A stretch of 63,973 nt of DNA, counting the filler, from Rhabdomonas costata (taxonomy: Eukaryota), in the NCBI GenBank assembly GCA_019059605.1. It is 30 parts of 30 records of this genome, joined end to end, with 100 filler letters (N's around TTAATTAATTAA, not from the genome) between each part and the next. Parts side by side here need not be neighbours in the genome. Positions count along the whole stretch, not along the records: positions 51,271 to 53,304 come from JAHMHO010006232.1; positions 53,405 to 55,437 come from JAHMHO010006233.1; positions 55,538 to 57,575 come from JAHMHO010006234.1; positions 57,676 to 59,707 come from JAHMHO010006235.1; positions 59,808 to 61,840 come from JAHMHO010006236.1; positions 61,941 to 63,973 come from JAHMHO010006237.1; 24 more parts are not named here. One strand, given 5' to 3'. The notes beneath the pieces were generated by a model, which searched no databases, was not told the origin of the DNA, and worked only from the letters and a program-made list of their open reading frames with translations. Made by a program: the position numbers and the translations under genes. Each line of letters opens with the position of its first letter. The stretch's first letter is position 1. Positions 51,271 to 62,399 of the stretch are shown in pieces.

Positions 51271-52268
51271 TTTTGGGCATCTGAAGCCCACTGGGCTCCC
51301 CCTGTGCCCTGCGGGTCCGCGCAAAGAATGAAATCCCCTTGTCCTGCCTGCGGGCCCCAGTTCCAGCCCGCGGAGACGTGCGCAGGAGCGTCAATCTCCG
51401 GCAAGATCATCACCCCAAAGGAGTTGGCGTAGGCCTGCAGGCTGGCAATCGTCGCGGCGTCGTACACCTTGTCGCTGCTGTAGGCCCCGTACCTCGTCAT
51501 CTCGGGCTGCTCTGCGATCTCCACAGGAAAACTTGCGGTGTCCGTCAGATGGAGGTGAAGCACGTTCATCTTGTTGTAGCCCATGGTGCGGATGATGTCC
51601 TTGATTGTCTGCGGGGAGAGGTAATTTCGGGCAACGTCAAGCATCACTCCGCGATATCTGAACTTGGGGCTGTCCGTGATCGTGAAGGCGGAGGGCATGG
51701 TGAGAGTGTTGGCACCATCGTCGAATGTGACCAGCTGGCTGACAGTCTCCAGAGCATGTCTGGCGCCGAAAAATGTGGAGGCGGAAATGGTGACCTGCAG
51801 AACATTGCCCTGGAGAGTGGCACTGACACTGTAGCTCTCGTCGTTATCAATGGAGGCAGTTGTGACTGAGAGATTGCTGATGCTGAACACGATCCTAATT
51901 TTAACCGCCCCCGGGTGGGGATTCGGCACCAGAGAGGAGAGGGAGTTCCCGAAGTTTGCACAGGCGGCCTGGAGAAAAGCGTTGTTGTTGCTAACGCAGG
52001 TGGCACCGTTCAGGCTGACTGTAATTAGCGAGCTCCCAATAGTGGGCGGAGTAGAGGGCTGGGGCCAGAGATTGCCTTGCTCACATGACAGCACACATTG
52101 GCCATAGCTCAGTGTTCCAGAGGTGCCGGTCCCCGGGGGCTGCAGTTGGCAGCCTCCACTGACGCAGAGGTATCGCTTGGGAAGCACATCCGCGGCGACG
52201 GCAGCCAAGAAAACGATCAGGACAAGTGTGAACCCCAACATACTGGGCATAGGGTTGCGAACACACAT
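51271..52268 (-). CDS. Secreted/lysosomal beta-N-acetylhexosaminidase (GH20), N-terminal part, no intron in this span
   Basis: Signal peptide; LWPQP, DESY, FGARHALET, ITDSPKFRYRGVMLDVARNY, KMNVLHLHLTD..SFP, PEIDAPAH. Confidence 0.95.
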
Positions 52269-53729
52269 GCTTGCCTTGGAGAAGGCTGCAAGAAGAAAGG
52301 ACAATCTGCACTGATTTCGATGTAGTAACGATGCCTTCGCACTACCTACGTTTGAAGTGCGCTCTCTAAAAATCCTGTCCTGTAGCTGCCACAGGCTTGC
52401 TCCACAGGAGCTTAGTGATAGAAGTCAGCGGCACCGAACTCCAGTGAACCCCAGTGACTGCTGAGAGACTTTGAATAGCATTATTGCTTGCCGTGCTTGA
52501 ACATTATACTGCGTGGTGTTGGATCGACCGACCGAAAATGCGAATTCTCGGACCCTTCTTTATGTCCCTTTCTTGTTTCTTTCTTTCCTTCCTTCTTTCT
52601 TCGTCATCTTTCTAGCAATCACTTTGCGTTACCAGATGCAGCCAGCTCACTCAATGGCAAAGATAGAGAATCGGTAAGGCGCCCAGGGGGCTCATAAGTA
52701 AGCAGCAAGTAAGTAACCTGCGCCAATCCGGCAAACCAAAACACCAACACAGTGACTGACTCACAGTCTAAACTCTAGGCGAGAGTTCAAGCGCTTTGTG
52801 AAAATAGACATTCTGGTACGTGACAAAACATCTGAACCCTTCGACTGAAACACACAGGCTCCTGAGGTCTCACAGTGAGGTGTGCTGACCTACAGGCGTC
52901 TCAGACTTCTAAAATCAAGCCAATTTATTACGGAAGACCAACGAGTACAACTGCCGGAAGTACGGGAGAAGCTCTCACAATGTCATTCGTCATCAGTAAG
53001 AAAAGGTTCGCCCTGAGGAGCCAACAAACACTCTGGGTCGACACACATGTGTCACGCGTTCCAGCTGAAGCAGCTGAAGCAGCGTGAACGCAGTCCGAGC
53101 AGAAGTATCCAGGATGAGGTAACAGCAACAAGGAATGGAAAGGATGAGAGCAGTCACCCAATCAAAGCAATCCAACAAAAAGGCTCCGAACGACTTCCGC
53201 AATCACGATGTCACAATAAAGAAGGGTAGAAACACGATTAATCAACCAGTAGTAGCACTGGCAACCAGGTTAGCCGATGACGGATCCAGAAGTCACAACA
53301 CAAANNNNNNNNNNNNNNNNNNNNNNNNNNNNNNNNNNNNNNNNNNNNTTAATTAATTAANNNNNNNNNNNNNNNNNNNNNNNNNNNNNNNNNNNNNNNN
53401 NNNNTGTGGGTGTTGAAAGGGTGAACTCTGAGTTGAGCAGCTGGATGATCTGATGTCTTACTGGAGTGACTGGCGACCCTGACGGAGTGGTTGGGTCATC
53501 ATCATCAAGGCACCATCTCAGCCTGCCTTGGACGCTCTTCGTCGGGTTCTTGCGACTGTGGAGTGGAGGTTCGAGGGATGCTTCGCATCTGAGGATCGGA
53601 GGATAGGTCGGGTTCTGGATGGGCGGTGCTGGGTGACGGAATGATGGATGCAGACCCAGTGGAGGAATGTTGGTCGCGTTAATGACAGCAAAAAGTCTGC
53701 AGAATGAAAAACTCACCCGAAAAACACAC

Positions 53730-55061
53730 CATCAGAGCTATGTAGCCATTCGGTGCCGATTCCAGCCGCTCCTGAAGGGCTCGGCTGCGGCGGTAGTTCC
53801 CCACAGCCAGGAACGCCAGAACCCCCAAGGCAATAACCCCAACTATGGGGATGACAATCGCAATAATCCGGATAATAGCCCCCGAGTCCGAGGACGGCAG
53901 CGCGTATACTGGGTCCGGGTTGTACCGCTGCTTCAGTGTGTACACCAGCGGCGTGCTGCCGTCCGAGTCCACGCACCGCATCTCATTTGCTTTTGACACC
54001 ACCTGCACCTTCAGCGTGCTCTGGATCGGTGAGAACCCCTGCGTCATGGCAACCACCTGGGTCGACGGTGCGAAGGCAAACATGACGTACTCCAGCAGCC
54101 AGTACGCTTTTTCGCACGGCATCGTGGAGGCCCGATACACAAAGTATTCGTAACCCGAGATGGGGTATGCGGGGTATGGTGCGTTAACAATCACTGCAGA
54201 GAAGTCCGAAGCCAGCGGGAAGGCCAAAGCGGCCAGCGCCGTGGTGTTCGCATTCATCACTTGTAGCTGCCCCTCTGAGGTCACAAACTGCGCCGAGGGC
54301 AGGCTGTACAGCAGCACGGAGTCGTACCCCACGTAGCCGATGCTGTATGGCGTCCACAACACAGAAACCGCGACCCCGGAGCTTCCCGTGGCCTGACGAA
54401 GCATCCCATTGCTGTTGGGCCATGTTATGGTCGTGCCCACAGCAGTCCAGTTGGAGTTCGGGAAGGCCTTCACAGGAAAAAAGCAGGAAGGAGCCAACCC
54501 CACGACGATAAAAATCGAAGCGAGGATGCAAGGGCACACAGAAGGAAAGAAAAAGTATACCTTCAGGGCATTTGTGAACACCGAAGTCGTGCCGCTGGAG
54601 TCTTTACGAACAAAGCGAGTGAAGGTAGCGCTGGGAAGCTGCGAGGCAAGAGCCGGGTTCAGCGCCACGATGCTCGGGTCGTTCCAGGTCGTCACCCGCT
54701 CCGCGAAGATGTCCGCCAACAGCTGCGTGGTGAGGTTCAGTGAAGGGCTGCTCATCGTCATCCCTGGGATGTTATAGATCACCGCCACCCCAATCACGAA
54801 CAGCGGGAGCTGCTGAATATCCGTCGCACTGGCTTTCTCCGCTGAGCTCAGACTGGCCTCCGAGCACGCGAAGTCACTCTGTCCCGCGATTACCGCAGCC
54901 TTGCCCGCTCCGCTGCCTGTGCCCGTGTACGTCACTTTGTTGGAGGAGAACGCGAAGGTCAGCTGCTGCTCCAGAGGCCCCGCCATGGTGGAGCCTTGGC
55001 CCTGCAAGGTAGCCCCTGCGCTCCCGACGACCAGCAACAGAAGGAGTGAACTGAGATGCAT
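53730..55061 (-). CDS. Type I membrane receptor with an extracellular PstS-like phosphate-binding domain, probably followed by a class III nucleotide cyclase; exons 55061-54561 and 54467-53730
   Basis: Signal peptide; GSTMAGPL, YTGTGSGAG, DFACSE, RKDSSGTT, SIGYV, YPISGY; one long TM segment; cytosolic part ends at APNGYIALM|GT. Confidence 0.85.
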
Positions 55062-56514
55062 CCTTTCGGTCAGAGTATTGCTGAGCTGTGTGCGGCGAGA
55101 AAAGAAAACCCCACTTGTAGCGAGAAGCAGGGATGTGGTGCTCCCCTAATAATTTGAGCACACTATATATCGACGCAGTATTCTCTTCTCGACCTGCAAT
55201 TGGCAATGCGGCAGCAAGGAGACGATAACAGTCACCAGAACTTGTTGTGAGTTGTAGGGTTCGGCAAACACTGCCTTCGGGTGAAGTGATTGGGAGGAAT
55301 GTTTTATTGAAGAGGAGCCGCGGCTGCGCTGCACAAGTGGGGGCGGGATGGAATGGGGTTCTGGAGCTTTTTTCGGAAAGTTGAAAAGAAGCCAGCACAC
55401 TGCCCGGTTATTTTACTGATTCTCAAAGTCTTAACCCNNNNNNNNNNNNNNNNNNNNNNNNNNNNNNNNNNNNNNNNNNNNTTAATTAATTAANNNNNNN
55501 NNNNNNNNNNNNNNNNNNNNNNNNNNNNNNNNNNNNNGGTTGTGTGTGGGGGTCCCAACATCCATGTTGGGGACATGTGCATCGCTCCCTAACCCCCTAC
55601 GAGATCTTGTAACGTGTCCTAGGGGCCACGTGAATAGCCACGTAACCCCTGCGTGATCTTTTGTCATTTTCTAAGAGGTAGGTGATTGAAACCCTCACCC
55701 TGTACGGTCAGTAAAAGGAGGGGGGTTTCCAAAAATAGCACTTGATACGGGGGTCCCCATAATGATCCAGCGTCCCAGTTTTTTTTCATCCCTTTCAGCT
55801 TTTAAGCCCGGAAATGCCTATGATTTAGAGTGCACTTGTTTCAGGTGTGACTTGATGTGGAGGTCCGTTGATGAACAAAAAGCCGCGCCGTTTTGCGCCA
55901 GTCGCCGCCCCCCTGGTTTAAATTTATCTGCGATGGTGGGGGCTGTTGAGTTCACTGAGCTGGGCTTTCGGTCTTGCTCTTGTTGGGTCTTTGTCTTGAG
56001 CTTTCGGACTTTTGGTCAGCACTTCAGTGTCAACGCTATCTGGCTCTCTCTATCTCTCAGTGATGCCCTGAAGCGCTCGATTAGTGATGCCACTCGGTCT
56101 GCCCGGCGGGTGCTCGCGGGACCGGCCAGCGGGATTAGCTTCGGGTGGAAGGTGCTCCCTCTCACTCCCCCCATTCTCCGTGGGTGCAATGGACGCCACC
56201 TTTTTCGCAGTGCCTTTGAGACAAGCGAGTCGCGGACTCGCGCTTTCGTCTCTGTCCCGGCCCACCCATTTTTCAGTGAGTGTGCCTCTCCGGCTTGGCG
56301 CTTTGCCTTTCGTTGTTTCCCACTTACACCCAACCGCTCTCCTTTACTGCCTGGTTGGAAAAAGTCGTGGTAATACTGCGCATGATCTATCCTCGATGAA
56401 GAGAAAGTGAGATATATCAGGTGCTAAATGATTGTCTAGTTAACTTTGTCGAGGTGCTTCATTATACGGTATGCTCCATAACTATCCATTTCTGCTGTGT
56501 ATGTGTGTGTGCAG

Positions 56515-57154
56515 GACTCCTACCTGATCAACATCAGCGTTATTGACCATCAGCACAAGCGGCTCTTTGCAATTATCGAGCGACTGGCCCAGGTCACCCT
56601 GGACCCGACCTGCGAGACTCGCCACACAGACTTGGTGTGTGTACACTGGCGTGTGTGCACCCTCCGCGCCTTCACGTCTGCCGTGCTGAGCTTCTTTTTG
56701 GGGAGTGGGCGGCAGAGACCGGAAATTTGCGAGCTTTCCAGTGGATGACGATGACGAGGGTTTTGTGGTCGGAGGAGCGGCACAGTAAGCTAGAAACATG
56801 GTTCTTGTCATGAATGGCAGATGAGTGTTCTCGGAAACTCATGGCGGACGAAATACTATCGGAAGGATGTGTGTCTTCAAGTGAGAAGAGGTAGCGTTTT
56901 TGCAGCCTTTAATTAGCTTCACACCGCTCGGTCCCCGCGTCTTTGCAGGCGAAGGTGCTGAAGTCCTTGCTGGAGTACACGCTTTTTCACTTCCTGGCGG
57001 AGGAGGTGGTGATGCGCCGGATTGGCTACCCCCAGTACAAGCAGCACCACTTCATCCACCAAGCCTTCACCCAGCAAGTCCTAGACATTCAGCAGCAGTT
57101 CAACAGCAGTGCCGTGGACGTCGACGGCCCGGTGATCTCCTCGATGTACCAGTG
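56515..57154 (+). CDS. Hemerythrin (bacteriohemerythrin-type di-iron) domain; exons 56515-56634 and 56949-57154
   Basis: IDHQHKRLF, YTLFHFLAEE..M...GYP....HHFIH; last H-x4-D ligand exon not seen. Confidence 0.9.
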
Positions 57155-57242
57155 GTGTGGCTTTCTGTTCCCTTCTCTCTCGCGTCCTTCCCGTGTTGGG
57201 GAGGGGTGCCCACCTCCGCCAAAAGTCATGCGGGGTGTTCAC

Positions 57243-57243
<1 letters not shown>

Positions 57244-57282
<39 letters not shown>
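57244..57282. repeat. (CA)n microsatellite
   Basis: Direct reading. Confidence 0.95.
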
Positions 57283-57283
<1 letters not shown>

Positions 57284-58374
57284 TCTCAGGTTGTGAGCGG
57301 GTGAAAGACCCACAAAGAAACAAAGAAAGCACAACTTCAGCAGGTCGTGACAACGTGTTCAGGAAGGAGAAACAAAAGTTCGGTTTGTGTTTCACACCTG
57401 CAACTCAACGCAGATAACCCCGCTCCAGTGCATGCTCTTGCGCTAATCAGCACGGAAAGCTGGAGCACTGGCAGCTGTCATTGGACTGTTATGGCTTTTT
57501 GGTTAGAATGAAGAAACGTGAAAACGCGCAGAAGTATTTCAAGGCCCGCCTACCCTTAACCCGTGCCCCACAACCNNNNNNNNNNNNNNNNNNNNNNNNN
57601 NNNNNNNNNNNNNNNNNNNTTAATTAATTAANNNNNNNNNNNNNNNNNNNNNNNNNNNNNNNNNNNNNNNNNNNNGTGTTGGTGGGCATCGCGCCTGAAC
57701 TTTGCGACTGGTGTACAGGACATCAGAGTGGACGCTTGGTTTGGCGAAGACCTGCCTTTGGGGTGCCATAGGATCGAGGACGCCGATGGGCTGTTCAGTT
57801 GTCGAGTCACTGGATCTGCGAACTTCCGCAAAAAAAAACCTCCGCAAATCCAAAAAATGCCCCTCCTGCGCTTGAAGCGTGAATTTATACCCCGAAACAT
57901 CGCCCATCGTCGGGCCAGCTTTGGTTTCGCCTCAAAGCACACAAACTTTCCTCCGTCAGAGTGGCAGCGTTTGGTTTGGCAAAAGTCCTTGCTTTGGAAG
58001 GCACTTGAATCGGGATCGGACGTCCATTGGCTATTCTTTTAATGAGTCGCTGGATCTATGAAAGTGAACCTCCACAAATCCGCAGAGTCCGTTAAGAGCA
58101 GTTTTTTCCTACTTTTGAAGCCACCAATGCTGCCGTAACATCATCATCTGGCCAGCCAGTTTCGCCGCTACCCCTAAGCACGCAAACTTTCCTTTGGTTC
58201 TTTCTTTTCCTTCTTTCGGAATGTGCAACGTTCCGCTGCCATCACGGCCAGTTTGTGAGTTACCTGCTTGGGTGGTAGCTTGTTGAGCCCTTGTTTCTGG
58301 TGCAAGGTTTTTTCTATTTCTCTCTGTTCCCGTGTTTTCCCGTCACCACTTCCGTACCTCCGGACTCCGCAGCG

Positions 58375-58948
58375 ATGCTCACCGGTGTTGTGAAGAAGTG
58401 GAACTCGGAGCGAGGCTTTGGCTTCATCACCCCCGATGAGGGCGGGTGTTACACCACACTCCCGCCCTTCTCCTCTCCTCTCCTGTCCTCTCCTCTGCCT
58501 TGCTCTGCTCTGCTCTGCTCTGCTCTGCTCTGCTCTGCTCTGCTCTGCTCTGCTCTGCTCTGCTCTCCCGTTCCTACGTCTTCCCCCCTCCTCTCCCCTC
58601 TCCTTGGCTTCCTCTCCATTCTCTTCCCACCAGTGCCACGCTCTGCGCGGTTTTCTATGTCAGAACTGGCGTGAACTAGCGGCTTTTGTATAAAAAGCGG
58701 CTTGCAATGGGCAGTTTTTCTGGAACTCAGTGCTTCATTTCACTGCCACTCAATATGTTGGGCCAACTAGGCAAGGCGCAGGTACAGCCGTCAAGGTTTT
58801 GGATCCAGCACTGACACTCGAAGCGCTACCAACTCGGACGTCTTGCGTACCAGACAGTGGTGGTGTGGGCTGACTTAGGGATGATGTCTTCGTGCACCAG
58901 ACGGGGATCAGCACGGAGGGCTTCCGCAGTCTCCAGGAGGGCGAGAAG
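58375..58948 (+). CDS. Cold-shock domain protein, 5' exons 58375-58445 and 58879-58948
   Basis: [31 protein letters not shown]...[10 protein letters not shown] (RNP1/RNP2); phase-2 GT-AG intron. Confidence 0.95.
58501..58566. repeat. (TGCTC)n pentanucleotide microsatellite in the cold-shock gene intron
   Basis: About 13 tandem units read directly. Confidence 0.95.
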
Positions 58949-60759
58949 GTATGCCACCATCGTAGGCATCTCTCTTCTATCATGGAACTTCTTCGAACGT
59001 CACATTTGTTCCATCTTTTTTCGCCGCTAGAATACTGGAGGGGTTCTCTGCCGCAATGTCCTTTTGTTGACAAATAAGGAATGCACGAAACCACGAAAAA
59101 CAACCACGAAATCAATTGAATAGCGTCGGTACGGTTGGCAACTCTTCCTGGTTCACGCAAATGACCGATCTACTTCAACGGGAACGAGAACTTTCTTTAT
59201 GTTTTCTCCCGCACAATCTGCTTCGGATGTTCCAGACTCTTGCTCTCCTTAGGCCATCATCCGCCCCTTCCCTTTCTTGTCGCCTGTGCCAAGGTTGTCG
59301 CGTTTTCCACCCTTCTTATTTCGGGAATGGCAGGCATGCCAGTGCTAGCCCTTCCTTGCTTTCAATTCGAAAGTTTCTGTTTCGTTAATCACATTGATTG
59401 TCGCCCTTACGCACCTGTATTCCGGGAGGTGGTTCAAAGCCGGTTTTTTTCTACACGTGTAAAACGAAAAAGACTGTAAAGAATTTGTATTTTTTTTGAC
59501 AAGTGCTTATGTTCTCTGTATTGTTTGAATTTAATGGATTTCCCTGAAGGGCTCCTGCAATTGTGCTGGCTTCGGGTCATATTATCAAACAAGATTGAGG
59601 AACAGAAGAGTTAGATAAACCTCACCAGCCCACTACAATGTTTGGAGCATCAGCATGTTCTCGACGTTTCCTTTTCTCACGTAGCAGGCAGAATCTTACC
59701 ACAACAANNNNNNNNNNNNNNNNNNNNNNNNNNNNNNNNNNNNNNNNNNNNTTAATTAATTAANNNNNNNNNNNNNNNNNNNNNNNNNNNNNNNNNNNNN
59801 NNNNNNNCGCGTCTCTGTCTCTCTAGCCGGTTCTATGCGTGGTGTTGCCTTCTGCTGTGGGTACGATTGGCCTTCCTTCTTCTGGTTCTTAGGGTGGTGG
59901 TGGTGTGATAGTGGTAGTGGATGCTCGTATTCCTGTGCTAGTTCTTGACTCTGTTTCTGTGGAGGGTGTCAGGATGGGGGGTGGGTTGATGGCTGAGGGT
60001 GTGAGTGTGAGGGTCGATGCTGCTGATGTTCCTGCTGTAGCGCTGACATTCCTACCAGGTTCCTTCAACTCATGGAGGCATCTTCCTGCGGAGCCTTTAC
60101 GCTTCCATCCACTACTACGGCATGCCTTCGTCCCTCAGACATGCCTTGGTGACCTTCAACATCCACTGGTATTCTGTGCTCCGGCAACGCCCGGCCGGAA
60201 AATGCCGTAAGCACCTAATGGTGGTGGAGGGATGTGGAAAGACAGGTATAGAAGAAGGGTAAAGATGTTGATGCTTGTCGGGATGTCTCGCTACACTCAA
60301 CATCCCTCCTACCTTATTCATACGTTCTATCGATCACGCCCTACTTCGCATGACCTCCGGCCATGCTACGTGACAAGTGATGGTGAGGGAGAGGGTATCA
60401 CCGAGAAGGATGCACTCATGATGCTAAGCGTCGTCTTTTCATTTTACCAACCAAAGCGGTTTGTGTACAGCGCTGGGGCCGTAGCAGTTCACAGACTGCA
60501 AAACCGTAAATAAAAAAGAGATGGAGCGGGAACCGGCAGAGGAAAAAAGAATGTCTAAAACGTGATGAGAAGGAAGGGACATGGGGGAAACGTCAGTCCC
60601 ACAAAAACACACACCGATAAGTCACAGCTCTTAGCTCTTGTCAAGCCAAGGGGGTTATCGAACCCTTTAATAGTTCAGCACAGAACAAGATATGCCAAAT
60701 CCTTGATTCAAACAACGCAGCAGAGCCGCAGTCCACAATTTCCTTGGCAGCCCGGAGAC

Positions 60760-61151
60760 CTCTTCTGTCGCCTTCAGAGCCATTTGAGCCACGGCGTCGT
60801 TGTCGAGCAGCTTCTCCATTTCGATTTCTTCCTGGACCTTCAGCGCCTCCCGGACCTTCATCCGCTGCTTCCGGGTGGACTTCTGAGCGCCTGTTGGGCC
60901 CAAGGCCAGCATAGAGAGACCATTGCCCGAAAAATAGGCACAATTGCTTTATCAACCCTTCTTTCCGCAAGTTAAGCTTTAAAGGTGTTTTTTTTGACAA
61001 TTTTCTGCAGCAAAGATTGGAGAGGCGCCTTCCCCTTTAGGGTAAATGATGAGAAAGGGCACTCTACGCAGAGCCGGCAAACGCGAAACAACAGCAAAAC
61101 CTTGCAGGTGTCTGAAAAACGCCTGCAGCTCTTCGGGTTGCTCACCGCCAC
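60760..61151 (-). CDS. hslU: HslU (ClpY) ATPase I-domain fragment; exons 61151-61101 and 60890-60760
   Basis: EELQAFFRHLQG...KQRMKVREALKVQEEIEMEKLLDNDAVAQMALKATEE parallels the HslU segment just before GIVFIDEIDK; Walker B exon not in this contig. Confidence 0.7.
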
Positions 61152-62399
61152 CTGAGACCCCGTCCCTCAAATTCACTTCCATGAGAACACCAGCAGAACA
61201 AAAAGGAGTTTCTCGCTTGAAATTCCTCTGGTTTCATTTGTTTCAAAGATTACTTGAAGCAGATGAAGCAACCGAAAAAGGAAGCTGCCTTCCCTCCTTC
61301 TCCGAGATGTGCTGGCTAGCTTTTGGCCGGGCCTGCTTAGCATTTCTAAGGGTAGAGCCCTGAGGAGAACTGGCACCGGAGTGGGCCGGAATGCTTGCGT
61401 TTACAGCCACCTAAGAGGCCATTTAAGGGGCATTTTTGTGAGTTATTACCCCTTTTTTGCTTTTACACAAGCTTGGAAGGCGTTTTATACGCTTGCTATA
61501 CTCGGGCTTGGGATTTGATATGAGAAAGAACTGTGGGCTGGCACACCGCCCACCTGACGCCGGTGACGCCGGTTCCAGCACTTATTTTAACAGATTGCAA
61601 CTGCTGCTCACCTTTCCTTTCAATCAATACTCTTTGCAATTAGCTCAAACGCTGCCTTTTCATCTTCTGTGTGTACTCGTCGTGCTGATCTATGTTCTCT
61701 GTAGTTTGCAGCTACTCCCGTTCCACTGTGCCCATCTCCGAAGAGGCCCAACGATTGGTGAGGTGTGGTGAGCTGAAGAGGCTAGATAAGCCTACCCCCG
61801 ATACCATAAGAGCTGTAGAGAACTGTCGATACAAAACCACNNNNNNNNNNNNNNNNNNNNNNNNNNNNNNNNNNNNNNNNNNNNTTAATTAATTAANNNN
61901 NNNNNNNNNNNNNNNNNNNNNNNNNNNNNNNNNNNNNNNNTGTTGGGGTTATGCTCTAACCTGGCCTGCGTGGGTCCTGCAGAACCCATGCCTCTTCCCT
62001 AACCTCTTTCCCGAGACTTGCTCCGAAATGCCCCAGCAACTGCCAATCCGATTCTATGTCTGGTGGTTTTTTGGGTTTGATTCGCTGACGAAGCTTTTCT
62101 GTTACTAAGAAATAAGAAACCTGTCACATTCCTCACGCTCTCTCTCTTTCGATCGATCGCGTCCCACAATCGTCATAAAGTTTCCTTTAGAGACCTGTTT
62201 TTTTTTCAACAAGAGGAAGACCCCCCCCCTTCCTCACGCAACCAAAGCCGCCATTGCATTGAACTCGAAAGCTTCTGTCTTCCTCCGTCCGTGAGAATAG
62301 GTTATTACAATCCCACACGCGCATAAATGCAGAAAAAGGCCACATCACAACGTGGCTTCCAAAGAAAACAAGCAGGCAAGCCAGCCAGCAGTCAACTAC

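Noticed and set aside
51271-58948. Hexosaminidase, PstS receptor, hemerythrin and cold-shock genes as a bacterial-like cluster
   Set aside because: Each is on a separate contig, so adjacency is an artefact of concatenation; most contain introns
61233-61260. In-frame TGA codons suggesting stop-codon reassignment
   Set aside because: The region is probably intronic; TGA ends conserved genes normally here (GarR-like, GBA2, NOT2, transposase)
61189-61340. Non-conventional intron candidate (AAGCAG...CTGCTGGT) upstream of the HslU exon
   Set aside because: The flanking sequence is not demonstrably exonic and a normal acceptor at 61152 explains the gene
2080-61896. Regularly spaced TTAATTAATTAA as a repeat array or CRISPR, and ORFs ending in X...LIN
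   Set aside because: Artificial linker inside N runs; the spacing reflects similar contig lengths
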